DNA from: Thermoanaerobaculia bacterium
GTDB lineage: Bacteria; Acidobacteriota; Thermoanaerobaculia; UBA5066
Length of the DNA stretch: 64,000 nt
Assembly: GCA_963816185.1 (NCBI GenBank)
Contig: CAWFJJ010000025.1
Span: 64,001-128,000 of the forward strand
Direction: 5' to 3'
A program made the translations under genes and the position numbers. The notes below the pieces were generated by a model. The model did no database searches. It saw only the letters and a program-made list of their open reading frames with translations, and was not told the origin of the DNA. Positions 28,071-37,231 of the stretch are shown in pieces. Numbering within the stretch: position 1 is the stretch's first letter; every line of letters begins with the position of its first letter.

Positions 28071-28192
28071 TGCACGGCGGAGGATGGCTCGGGATGGGCG
28101 GGATGGGGTCTTACTGGCTCGTCCCTGCTCTGATCGTAGTTCTCGTGGTTTTCGCTTTGCTTCTCGTCAGGCGTTCGAGGGACGCCCGCTAG
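28070..28192 (+). CDS. Small single-TM His/Met/Gly-rich peptide
   Basis: MHGGGWLGMGGMGSYWLVPALIVVLVVFALLLVRRSRDAR; ATG overlaps the YHS stop (TGATG). Confidence 0.65.
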   Translation: MHGGGWLGMGGMGSYWLVPALIVVLVVFALLLVRRSRDAR

Positions 28193-28214
28193 AAGGCCGA
28201 GACGCATACGGCTT

Positions 28215-28682
28215 CTATGGCTTCGGTTGAGGCTCCGGATCGCGGTCGCCGGTGTCGAATGAGATCTTCCAGGAACCGTCCTTTTCTTTCTGCCACACCG
28301 TGAAGTAGTCGCCGGTCCTGACGACTTGTTTGCCGTCCTTCATGGTCGTGGACTTGTACCGACCCTTCGTCGTCCCGACGTTCCCGCCTCTCGAGATCTC
28401 CGCGTGCGAGGGCGACCACTCCAGCTTGAAGCCGGGTGTCGCGTACTGAGGGCCCATCTGCTTGCGGATCCCGTCCTTCCCGACGGCGACTCCGGTGGGA
28501 CCGTCGGGATGAACGCCGTTCTCGGCCCAGTTCTCGACCCAGGCCTCGATGCCGCGCGTCTGCGCCGCCATGGCGAAATCACGATCCGCCTTGAGCAGCG
28601 CCTCGCGTCCCGCGGCATCGTCCGCGTGAGCGGATGTGGCGATCAGCGTAGAGAGCAGCGAGAGTGCGAGGAACGTTTTCAT
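28215..28682 (-). CDS. Secreted NTF2/SnoaL-like (DUF4440) protein
   Basis: Signal peptide; LEWSP..GDYFTVWQKEKDGSWKI. Confidence 0.85.
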   Translation of the reverse strand: MKTFLALSLLSTLIATSAHADDAAGREALLKADRDFAMAAQTRGIEAWVENWAENGVHPDGPTGVAVGKDGIRKQMGPQYATPGFKLEWSPSHAEISRGGNVGTTKGRYKSTTMKDGKQVVRTGDYFTVWQKEKDGSWKISFDTGDRDPEPQPKP

Positions 28683-28831
28683 GAGACCTCCTGTAGCGCG
28701 GATCGTAATGCCGTCGAAGGACCGTGGTCGCTCTTCGAGCCTTTGGATCCGCCGCCGAACCCGTGGGGCGGTCGAGTAAAGCTCTTTCGGGATGACCGGT
28801 TTCGCCCTTCAGCTTATAGTCGAGGTGAGCC

Positions 28832-29239
28832 ATGACATCCCCGGCGCCCGCACCAAACTACGGCCTGACGAAACACCTTTCCGGCGTGACCTTCGACGAG
28901 GCCGTCCGGCGCGTCACGGAGGCCTTGAAAGCCGAGGGCTTCGGCGTGCTGACGGAGATCGACGTCCGGGAGACCTTGAAGAAGAAGCTCGGCGTGGACT
29001 TTCCCCGATACGTGATTCTCGGCGCCTGCAATCCCGCGTTGGCGCACCGAGCTCTCTCGGCGGATCCGTACATCGGACTCCTGCTTCCCTGCAACGTCAT
29101 CGTGATGGGGGCGCCTGACGCCACGACCGTTTCGATCGCGGACCCGCGCGCGATGTTCCGCATCGTCGACAAGCCCGAAGTCGCCCCGATTGCCGACGAG
29201 TCGGAGGCGAAGCTGAAGCGGGCGTTCGAGCGGCTCTAG
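28832..29239 (+). CDS. DUF302 family protein
   Basis: GFGVLTEID..KKLG..ILGACNP..IGLLLPCNV. Confidence 0.9.
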   Translation: MTSPAPAPNYGLTKHLSGVTFDEAVRRVTEALKAEGFGVLTEIDVRETLKKKLGVDFPRYVILGACNPALAHRALSADPYIGLLLPCNVIVMGAPDATTVSIADPRAMFRIVDKPEVAPIADESEAKLKRAFERL

Positions 29240-29353
29240 CTCCCCGTAGCAGTTGACGTGTGAGCCACGCAGATGGGTCAGGGCATGATGCCCTAGGCCG
29301 CGTCGGGGGCGTCCCTACGTCGGCCCCCTCGAGCTGCTGGTACGCTGCGATCC

Positions 29354-31714
29354 ATGCCCTCTGGAAACGGCGGGGACTGCCGGAGCGCCTGCCGCTCTTT
29401 GCGTGCGGCACGGCGGCTCCCGGTCGCGGTGTTCGCCGGCACCGCCATCCTGCACGTCTCCGTGTGGGCCACGATCCCGTTCCGCCCCTTCACGATCTAT
29501 ACGCTCGCGGCATCGCTTCGAGCCGCGGGCCGGCTCGAATCCTCCCGGGTGCTGGATTTCTCCCCGTTCTACTTCCACCTGAACCTTCTACTCGCGCAGA
29601 CTGGTCTTTCGTACGCGCCATTTCTCCACGCGGTCGAAATTCTCGCGACGTCCCTGACGGCGGCGCTGTTCTCCCGTCTCTGCCTGGAATTCTTCCCGGC
29701 TCGCATCGCGGCGGCCGGCAGCCTCCTCTTCGTCCTCAGCCCGGCCCCGCTGCTTCTTTCGCACCTCCTCCTGCCCGAGGTCTGGCGCGTTCTCTTCGAC
29801 GTTGCCGCGCTTCTCGCGTTCGTCTCCTACCGTCGGACGCACCGGCTTCGCCACATCATCGTCGCCTCGCTCTTCCTCGGCCTCTCTACCTCGACGCGTC
29901 CCACGGCGCTCTTCCTCGCGGTCGCGCTGGCGGCCGCGCTCGTCGCGGTCGAAGGGCGCCGCGCGTGGCGGGCTTCGGTCCTCGTCGCCGCCGGCCCCGT
30001 CCTTTTCCTCGGGCTCGTCGCCGTTCGCAACCGCGTCCTGACCGGCCGGCTCGATCCGACCGTCATGGACCCCGGCGCGGTCTTCTACGGGGCGAACAAT
30101 CCGGCGAGCCGCGGAACCGTCGTCGACTCGCCTCTCCTCAAAGAGATGGAGGAGTTCGGACCGAAGGAGCCCGATTGGGCGCACGTCCTCTACAAGCGAT
30201 TTGCGGCGGTCGCCCTCGGGCACTCCGTTTCTGCGAGCGAGGCGAGCCGGTACTGGTCGGCAAAGGCCGTCGCGTTTCTTCGCCGCCATCCGGGTGAGGC
30301 CCTCCGGCTCGCCGGGGAGAAGCTCGGTCTCCTCTGCCGGGCCTGGGAGCCGCCGGACACCATTCCCGCCTTCGAGCTCGAGCGCGACCTCCGGGCCGCG
30401 CACGTGCCGCTCGTTCCTTTCTCGTTGCTCGTGTCGCTCGGCGTCGTCGGCCTCTGGACGGAGCGCCGCCGGTTTGCGGACGTCCTGCCGCTTCTCGCGT
30501 GCGGCGTCGCCGTCACGGCGAGCGTCCTCCTGTTCTATGTCAACACGCGGATGCGTGCGCCTCTCGTGCCGTTCGCGGCCTTCTTCGCCTGTGCGTCGCT
30601 CAACGCGCTCCGAGACGGGTTCGGCCGCCGCGCGTGGCGTGCTGTCGGTGCCGGGGTGCTCGCCATCCTCGCGCTTTTCGCGCTCCTTCAGATTCCGACT
30701 GATGCCGAGACGACCCTGCGCCACGCATTTCTCGCTCAGTACTCCGCCTCGCTTCTTCGGGCCGAAGCCGCAAATTTGAGAAACCAGAATTCGAGAGAGA
30801 AGGCGGCCTCGGTCGTGGCCCGCGCCGTCGCGACCGCTCCGTTCTCCGCGGAGGAGATGACGCTCGCGAACCTGCCGTACCCCGCCGGCGGACCGATCGC
30901 GGCGTCGCTCGGCGCCGCGAGGGCCGAGGTCGCGGCCGGCAGGGCGACGCGGGATCGACTCTTCGACCTCGGACTTCTCCTCTACGAAGGTCGCGACCTC
31001 GATTCGGCGCGAGGCGTGTTCACCGCGCTGGAGACGTCGGGCGGACGCTTCGACCGCGGCGGCCGCTGGGCGCCGGCGCCCGCTTTCTATCTTGCGAGGA
31101 TCGTGGAGCTCTCAGGAGGAGAGCGACGGGACGCGGAGAGGCTTTTTCGTTCGGCCCTGCGGACTGCCCCGGGCGATGCCATGACGCTCGCGCACCTGAG
31201 CCTTCTCCTCGATGAATCCGGCCGACCGGAAGTGGCTGCCGCCGCGCGGGAAGAGCTGTTCGCGGAGAGATCCGACGTCGACGCCGCGTTTGCGCTCGGC
31301 CGAGCCTGTCTCGAGCGGGGCCGCTTCGAGGAGGCGGCGCTCTGGCACGGCCGCGTCGCAGAGTGGCTGCCGGATTTCCGGCGTGCGCGTCTCTACGCGG
31401 CGGCCGCGTCGTTCCGGGCGGGCGACGTCACGGGCGCGATCTCTCACGCGGAAGCGGCGTTTTCGTTGCGCGAGGATCCGATCGAGCTGGAACCGTTCAT
31501 CCTCCCTGCGTACGAAGAGGCGGCTCGGGACGAGGCCGGATCCGCTGCCGCGCGCTTTCGCCTCGGTCGCGCGCTACGCCGTTATGGGCACTTTCCCGAG
31601 GCTCGCGCGAGATTCCAGGAAACGCTGCTCCTGGATCCCGCCTTTCGGCAAGCTGGGAGAGATCTCTCTCTTCTCGATCGCATCAAGGACGTGACGCCGC
31701 CGTCGCGACCTTGA
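29354..31714 (+). CDS. GT-C-like multi-TM protein with C-terminal TPR repeats
   Basis: Multi-TM N-terminal part, FYGANNP, FYVNTRMRAP; TPR-like helices at the C-terminus; start uncertain. Confidence 0.7.
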   Translation: MPSGNGGDCRSACRSLRAARRLPVAVFAGTAILHVSVWATIPFRPFTIYTLAASLRAAGRLESSRVLDFSPFYFHLNLLLAQTGLSYAPFLHAVEILATSLTAALFSRLCLEFFPARIAAAGSLLFVLSPAPLLLSHLLLPEVWRVLFDVAALLAFVSYRRTHRLRHIIVASLFLGLSTSTRPTALFLAVALAAALVAVEGRRAWRASVLVAAGPVLFLGLVAVRNRVLTGRLDPTVMDPGAVFYGANNPASRGTVVDSPLLKEMEEFGPKEPDWAHVLYKRFAAVALGHSVSASEASRYWSAKAVAFLRRHPGEALRLAGEKLGLLCRAWEPPDTIPAFELERDLRAAHVPLVPFSLLVSLGVVGLWTERRRFADVLPLLACGVAVTASVLLFYVNTRMRAPLVPFAAFFACASLNALRDGFGRRAWRAVGAGVLAILALFALLQIPTDAETTLRHAFLAQYSASLLRAEAANLRNQNSREKAASVVARAVATAPFSAEEMTLANLPYPAGGPIAASLGAARAEVAAGRATRDRLFDLGLLLYEGRDLDSARGVFTALETSGGRFDRGGRWAPAPAFYLARIVELSGGERRDAERLFRSALRTAPGDAMTLAHLSLLLDESGRPEVAAAAREELFAERSDVDAAFALGRACLERGRFEEAALWHGRVAEWLPDFRRARLYAAAASFRAGDVTGAISHAEAAFSLREDPIELEPFILPAYEEAARDEAGSAAARFRLGRALRRYGHFPEARARFQETLLLDPAFRQAGRDLSLLDRIKDVTPPSRP

Positions 31715-31748
31715 CGGCGGTGCCCGCAGCACGCCGCGGGCCGGAATC

Positions 31749-34238
31749 TCACGTGACAGGTGCGAGCTTCACCGGCTTTGCGTGCCAGACCTCGCGGACG
31801 TACTCGCGAATGGACCGGTCCGAGCTGAAAGGGCCCATGCGCGCGACGTTGAGAATCGAGGCGCTCGTCCACGCGACGACGTCGGCCCAGGCTCTCGAGA
31901 CGCGCTCCTGGCATTCGACGTAGGCGCGGAAGTCGGCCAGCACGAGAAAGGGGTCCTGATCCATCAGGCCATGCACGAAGGGGCCGAAGATGCCCGGCTC
32001 GGCCGGCGCGAAGGGACCGGACTCGATGAGCCGGAGCACGTCGAAAAGCTCCCGGTCCGACTCGAGGACGTCGCGCGGGTGGTAACCGCGGCGCACGAGG
32101 TCCTCCACCTCGCCCGCCGTCAGACCGAAAAGGAAGAAATTCTCCTCGCCGACTGCGTTGCGAATCTCCACGTTCGCGCCGTCGAGCGTGCCGATCGTGA
32201 GCGCTCCGTTCATCGCGAACTTCATGTTCCCCGTGCCGGACGCCTCCTTGCCCGCGGTGGAGATCTGCTCCGACAGGTCGGCAGCCGGGTAGATGCGCTG
32301 GGCGTTCTTCACGTTGAAGTCGGGAACGAACACGACCGACAGGAGGTCCTTCGCGACCGGGTGCTGCGCGAGCGTCTCTCCGAGCGCGGTGGCCAGGCGG
32401 ATGATCAGCTTCGCCATGTGATAAGCGGGCGCCGCCTTGCCGGAGAAGATGAAGGTGCGCGGCGCGATGCCCGCCACGTCTCCGCGAAGGATGCGCTGAT
32501 ACAGCCAGACGACGTGCAGCAGGTTGAGCTGCTGCCTCTTGTATTCGTGAATGCGCTTGCACTGTGCGTCGAAGAGGGTGCTGGGGTCCAGGGCGCGGCC
32601 CATCGTGTCGTGGACCCACCCCGCCAGGCGTTCCTTGTTGGCCTGCTTCACGACGCGCCAGCGCTCCCGGAACCCGGCGTCCAGGGCGAGGCGTTCCAGA
32701 CCGGCGAGGCGGTCGAGATCCGTGAGCCAGCCGTCCCCGATCGCCTCCGTGATGAGAGACGACAGGCGCGGGTTCGCCAGGGCGAGGAACCGCCGTGGGG
32801 TGACGCCGTTCGTGACGTTCGTGAAGCGCTCCGGCCACAGATCGGCGAAGTCGTTGAGGACGGTCTCGCGGAGGAGCCGCGAGTGCAGCGCCGCGACGCC
32901 GTTCACTTTCTGGCTCGCGACGGTCGCGAGGTTCGCCATCCGCACGCTCTTTGCGCCTTGCTCGTCGACCAGGCTGAGGCGCGAGAGCCGCGCGTCGTCG
33001 CCGGGGAAGCGCGCCCGCACCTCGTCGAGGAAGCGCTGGTTGATCTCGTAGATGATCTCCAGGTGCCGCGGCAGCAGGCTCTGGAAGAGCGGCAGCGGCC
33101 ACGTTTCGAGCGCCTCGGGCAGGAGCGTGTGGTTCGTGTAGCTGAAAGAGCGCGACGTGATGGACCAGGCCTCGTCCCAGCCCAGGCCGTGCTCGTCCAT
33201 GAGGAGGCGCATCAGCTCCGGGATCGCGAGCGTCGGGTGGGTGTCGTTGAGCTGGACCGCGAACTTCTCCGCGAATTTGTCGACGGTGGTGCGCTGGAGG
33301 AGCAGGCGGATGCAGTCCTGCAACGCGCAGGACACGAAGAAGTACTCCTGCTCGAGCCGCAGCTGCTTGCCGGCCGTCGAGGCGTCGTTCGGGTAGACGA
33401 CCTTGGTGATGTTCTCGCTCCGGATCTTCTCGTCGACCGCGCGCCAGTACGCGCCGACCTGGAACGCGTCGAGATCGAACTCCTCGGCGGCGACGGCCGT
33501 CCACAGGCGGAGGAAGTTCGTCGTCACCGTCCGGTAGCCCACGACCGGCGTGTCGTAGGGAACGCCGCGCACGACGCGGGCGGGGATCCACTTCACGCGT
33601 GAGCGGCCGGCGGGGTCCACGACGATCTCGGTGCGCCCGCCGAAGCCGACGGTGTGCTCGATCTCGTACCGGCGCACCTCCCAGGGATTGCCGAGGCGCA
33701 GCCAGCGATCGGTGCGCTCTGCCTGCCATCCGTCCCGGATCTCCTGATCGAAAATGCCGAACTCATAGCGAATGCCGTGGCCGATGGCCGCGAAATCGAG
33801 CGTCGCGAGCGAGTCCATGAAGCAGGCCGCGAGGCGCCCCAGGCCGCCGTTGCCGAGGCCCGGCTCCTCTTCGTGCTCGATGAGCTCGTCGATGTCGAGG
33901 CCGAGAGACTCCATGGCCTTTCGCGCCGGACCCTCGATGCCGAGGTTCAGGAGGTTGTGCCCGAGCTGGGGCCCCATCAGGTACTCCGCGGAGAGATAGA
34001 TGACGGTGCGGGTCTGCTCCTCGAGATAGGTGCGCGCGGAGCGGATCCAGCGGTGCAGGATCCGGTCGCGCACGGCGCGGGCGAGCGCGAGATAGTGATC
34101 GTTTCGTGTCGCGACGCCCGGGAACTTCGCGACCTCGAAGAAGAGCTTCTCGACGAACGATCGGCGGATCGCTCCGGCGTCGAGGCCGAGCACCACGTCG
34201 TCCGCGTTGACGTCTTTCGCCGGGCGGCCAGGGAGCAT
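31749..34238 (-). CDS. glgP: Glycogen/starch/alpha-glucan phosphorylase
   Basis: GLGNGGLGRLAACF, QLNDTHP, YTNHT, KRIHEYKRQ, EASGTGNMKF, GTLDGAN. Confidence 0.97.
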   Translation of the reverse strand: MLPGRPAKDVNADDVVLGLDAGAIRRSFVEKLFFEVAKFPGVATRNDHYLALARAVRDRILHRWIRSARTYLEEQTRTVIYLSAEYLMGPQLGHNLLNLGIEGPARKAMESLGLDIDELIEHEEEPGLGNGGLGRLAACFMDSLATLDFAAIGHGIRYEFGIFDQEIRDGWQAERTDRWLRLGNPWEVRRYEIEHTVGFGGRTEIVVDPAGRSRVKWIPARVVRGVPYDTPVVGYRTVTTNFLRLWTAVAAEEFDLDAFQVGAYWRAVDEKIRSENITKVVYPNDASTAGKQLRLEQEYFFVSCALQDCIRLLLQRTTVDKFAEKFAVQLNDTHPTLAIPELMRLLMDEHGLGWDEAWSITSRSFSYTNHTLLPEALETWPLPLFQSLLPRHLEIIYEINQRFLDEVRARFPGDDARLSRLSLVDEQGAKSVRMANLATVASQKVNGVAALHSRLLRETVLNDFADLWPERFTNVTNGVTPRRFLALANPRLSSLITEAIGDGWLTDLDRLAGLERLALDAGFRERWRVVKQANKERLAGWVHDTMGRALDPSTLFDAQCKRIHEYKRQQLNLLHVVWLYQRILRGDVAGIAPRTFIFSGKAAPAYHMAKLIIRLATALGETLAQHPVAKDLLSVVFVPDFNVKNAQRIYPAADLSEQISTAGKEASGTGNMKFAMNGALTIGTLDGANVEIRNAVGEENFFLFGLTAGEVEDLVRRGYHPRDVLESDRELFDVLRLIESGPFAPAEPGIFGPFVHGLMDQDPFLVLADFRAYVECQERVSRAWADVVAWTSASILNVARMGPFSSDRSIREYVREVWHAKPVKLAPVT

Positions 34239-34341
34239 GGCGAATGATAGGACGTCAGATCCGAGCCGGCGGCGGCACCTATGTCCGGTGGGACATCCCG
34301 ACTAGAATCCCCGCTGCCGTCGGACTTAAAGGAGGTCGGCC

Positions 34342-34794
34342 ATGGCGAGAGTCTATTTGACCGGAAACACGACGCAGAAGCTCCTCTACACGGTCGACCA
34401 AGCCGTCGGAGCGGGAGGTGGGAACAGGCGCGACGACGTCCTCCTCGTGCAGCTCTTCCTGAGAGTGCAAACGGAGCCCGGCGGCTCCGAGGCGCCTTAC
34501 CAGCCGCCCGGCCGCAGGCCGCTCGCGATCGACGGAGTCTGTGGAGACGATACGCTTGCCTACATCCGCTTCTATCAAGAAGAGGCTCGGCGCCGGTTTC
34601 CGCAGGCGGCGGCGCCCGACGGGAGGGTGGATCCGATGCGCTCGGGGACGATTTTCGCATCCATCACGCACAAGGAGTACATGATTGCGTCTCTCAACGT
34701 CGGCTACCGAGAGAAAAGGGGAGACATGTACCTCGACATCGGCAAGGACCCCCTCTTTCCGGCGGGTCTGAGGAAGTCGTTCTACATCGGCTAG
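34342..34794 (+). CDS. Hypothetical protein with a peptidoglycan-binding-like domain
   Basis: AAGGAGG RBS; VGAGGGNRRDDVLLVQ..LAIDGVCG..T..FYQ..PDGRVDP. Confidence 0.65.
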   Translation: MARVYLTGNTTQKLLYTVDQAVGAGGGNRRDDVLLVQLFLRVQTEPGGSEAPYQPPGRRPLAIDGVCGDDTLAYIRFYQEEARRRFPQAAAPDGRVDPMRSGTIFASITHKEYMIASLNVGYREKRGDMYLDIGKDPLFPAGLRKSFYIG

Positions 34795-34827
34795 GCTGGG
34801 AAGCGGCGGAGGCCTACCTAGTATCGG

Positions 34828-35577
34828 TCAGAACTTGTAGACGAAGGCCGCGATGAGCGCCGTGTCGGTTTTCTTGAGCGAGGCCGGATTGGGCCTGTTC
34901 TTCGTGTCGACGAGATAGGTGATCTTGAGCTCGGAGGCCTTCGTGATCGAGGCCGCGAGACTCATCTCGAAGTGGTAGAAGGAGTCGGACGTGTGGTTCG
35001 CTTTCCAGAGGCCGGCCGCCTTCTCCGTGAACGTGGCGCTCGGCGAGATCTTCCAGGCGAAGCCCTGCCCGAGGGAGAAAGCCCCGGCATTGGTCGCGGC
35101 GTAGCCGCTGTCGGACTCGAAGGCGCCGCCGACCGAGGCATCCCCCGTGAGCTCGAGGTTCTTCTGCTTGAGGAAGTAGTAGCCGCCGCCCGCCATCGGC
35201 GTGATGAGATAGAGGACGTTCTTGAATTGGTCGCGGAGGTAGCCGACCTGGGCGAAGGCGTAGACGCGGTCGGTGACCGTGTACTCGAGACGAAAGCTCG
35301 CGCCACCCTTGTCCGCCGTGGCCGCGCCGTTGTTTGCGGAGCGAAGGTAAAAGCCATCCGCCCTGAAAAGAACGTGCGTCTTCGGGTCGTAGACGAGATT
35401 GAACCCGAGGTTGAAGGTGCTCGTGTCCGTGTTGCCGGTCGTGAGCGCGAGTCCCGCGCTCAACGAGCCCTGGAGCGGCGGGGGAGGCGGCTCGGGGCAG
35501 GGGCAGGGCTGTGCGAACGCGGGTGCGGCCGCGAGGAGGACGAGGAGCGCCGGGCGGAAGAGCTTCTTGAACGTCAT
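34828..35577 (-). CDS. DUF481/YdiY-like outer-membrane beta-barrel
   Basis: Signal peptide, TTGNTDT, alternating beta pattern, C-terminal VYKF. Confidence 0.85.
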   Translation of the reverse strand: MTFKKLFRPALLVLLAAAPAFAQPCPCPEPPPPPLQGSLSAGLALTTGNTDTSTFNLGFNLVYDPKTHVLFRADGFYLRSANNGAATADKGGASFRLEYTVTDRVYAFAQVGYLRDQFKNVLYLITPMAGGGYYFLKQKNLELTGDASVGGAFESDSGYAATNAGAFSLGQGFAWKISPSATFTEKAAGLWKANHTSDSFYHFEMSLAASITKASELKITYLVDTKNRPNPASLKKTDTALIAAFVYKF

Positions 35578-35622
35578 CGGGTCTTGAACCTCCGCAGAAG
35601 ATTTGTTTCGCCGGAATGGCAA

Positions 35623-36030
35623 CTATTTCTTGAGCAGGTCCCGGATCTCGGTGAGGAGCTGCTGATCTTTCGTAGGTCCGGGCGGGACGGGTGCGGGAGC
35701 TTCTCCCTTGAGGCGGTTCGCCTGCTTCACGATGAGGAAGATCGCGAAGCCCACGATCAGAAAGTCGATGATCGCGTTGAAAAAGATGCCGTAATTTATG
35801 GTCGGGAGACCCGCCGCCTTTGCCGCCGCGAGCGTGTCGGCCGGTTTTCCGGACAGGTTGACGAACAGGTTGGAGAAGTCGACTTTTCCCAGAACCAGGC
35901 CGATGGGCGGCATGAGGACGTCGTTCGTGAAAGACGAGACGACTTTTCCGAACGCGGCCCCGATGATGATCCCGACGGCCAGATCGAGGACGTTGCCCTT
36001 GCTGATGAACTCCCTGAATTCCTTGAACAT
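35623..36030 (-). CDS. mscL: Large-conductance mechanosensitive channel
   Basis: [28 protein letters not shown]...LLTEIRDLL. Confidence 0.97.
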   Translation of the reverse strand: MFKEFREFISKGNVLDLAVGIIIGAAFGKVVSSFTNDVLMPPIGLVLGKVDFSNLFVNLSGKPADTLAAAKAAGLPTINYGIFFNAIIDFLIVGFAIFLIVKQANRLKGEAPAPVPPGPTKDQQLLTEIRDLLKK

Positions 36031-36093
36031 GAGTACTCCTGTCATGAACCGGAATGGCTTCCCCGGATCCATCGCAAAATATACGAGGCGCCC

Positions 36094-36495
36094 ATGAACG
36101 CAAGTGCGATGCCGGTGAACGCGCGCGCGTACACGCTCGTTTACGACGGAGACTGCCGGTTCTGCGTCCGGTCGGCGAATCTCATTACCTCGTGGGACCG
36201 CGACGGCGCGATCGAGCTCGTCCCGCTCCAGCGCGGCGGCCTCGGCGAGCGATTCCCGTGGATCCCGGAGGGCGCCTACCGCGAGGCCATGCAGCTCGTC
36301 GGCCCCGGGAACGAGACGTGGAGCGGCGCCGCCGCGGCCGAGCGCCTCGCGAAAATCCTGCCGGGCGGGCGCCCGCTGGGATGCCTTTTCGCACTGCCTT
36401 TCGCGCGGCCGGTCGCCGACCGGGTCTACCGCCTCGTCGCGCGCAACCGGTCCCGGCTCGGCTGCGGCACACACTGCGCGCGGCCGAGGCGATGA
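36094..36495 (+). CDS. DCC family (DUF393) thiol-disulfide oxidoreductase
   Basis: [10 protein letters not shown]...YRLVARNR. Confidence 0.88.
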   Translation: MNASAMPVNARAYTLVYDGDCRFCVRSANLITSWDRDGAIELVPLQRGGLGERFPWIPEGAYREAMQLVGPGNETWSGAAAAERLAKILPGGRPLGCLFALPFARPVADRVYRLVARNRSRLGCGTHCARPRR

Positions 36496-36498
36496 TCG

Positions 36499-37176
36499 TC
36501 ATTCCGGGAGGATGACCTCCGTCCGGCGGTTCAGGGCGCGCCCCTCGGCCGTGGCGTTCGAGGCGACCTCGAACTGCTTGCCGAACCCCTGCGTCTTGAT
36601 GCGCGCGCCATCCACCTTCTGGTTCACGAGGAAATTCCGCACGGCCTCGGCGCGCTGGAGCGAGAGCTTGTCGTTCAAGGCATCGCTGCCCGTCGAGTCC
36701 GTGTAGCCGCAGACGTAGACGGCGGCCTTGGGGAAGTACTGGTTCAGGATCTCGGCCTGCGTCGCGAGCACGGGGAGCGCGTCCGGCTTTAGGTCGGACT
36801 TGCCCGAATCGAAGCAGACCTTCTCGGCGTATTCGAAGACGAGGACTTTCGTCAGGCCGAGCTTCTGCGCGACGGGCGAGATGCCCCCCTTGCCCAGGCG
36901 GAAGATGACCTGAGCCTGATCGGGCGAGACGATGCGGATGCGCTTTTCGACGACCTCGAGGTCGGCGCTCGACGCGGTGATCGACGAGACGTCCTCGAAC
37001 GTATTCACGTTCAGTGATTTCGGCGTCTCGCCGATGACCTTCCCCTTGTAGGAGACCGTCGCTTTCTCGGGCTCGGAAAGGACGTCGACCGCCATTTTCA
37101 TCTGAACGCCGTGCGTGCAGCCCGCGAACAGCGCGGCGAAGGCGATCGGGATACCGAGACGGATGGATTTCGTCAT
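36499..37176 (-). CDS. OmpA-family lipoprotein with a PEGA-like N-terminal domain
   Basis: Lipobox FAGC; SEPEKATV..IGETP; GYTDSTG..NDKLSLQRAEAV..GRALNRRTE. Confidence 0.9.
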   Translation of the reverse strand: MTKSIRLGIPIAFAALFAGCTHGVQMKMAVDVLSEPEKATVSYKGKVIGETPKSLNVNTFEDVSSITASSADLEVVEKRIRIVSPDQAQVIFRLGKGGISPVAQKLGLTKVLVFEYAEKVCFDSGKSDLKPDALPVLATQAEILNQYFPKAAVYVCGYTDSTGSDALNDKLSLQRAEAVRNFLVNQKVDGARIKTQGFGKQFEVASNATAEGRALNRRTEVILPE

Positions 37177-37231
37177 GTTCAGCCTCCCTCGTCCGACGAC
37201 GGCGGAATCTATCCGACCGGATCGGGCGCCG

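Noticed and set aside
28776-28820. TAAAGCTCTT upstream of DUF302, matching part of motif copy 2
   Set aside because: The second box is missing and the spacing to the TATAGT element does not fit the conserved pattern
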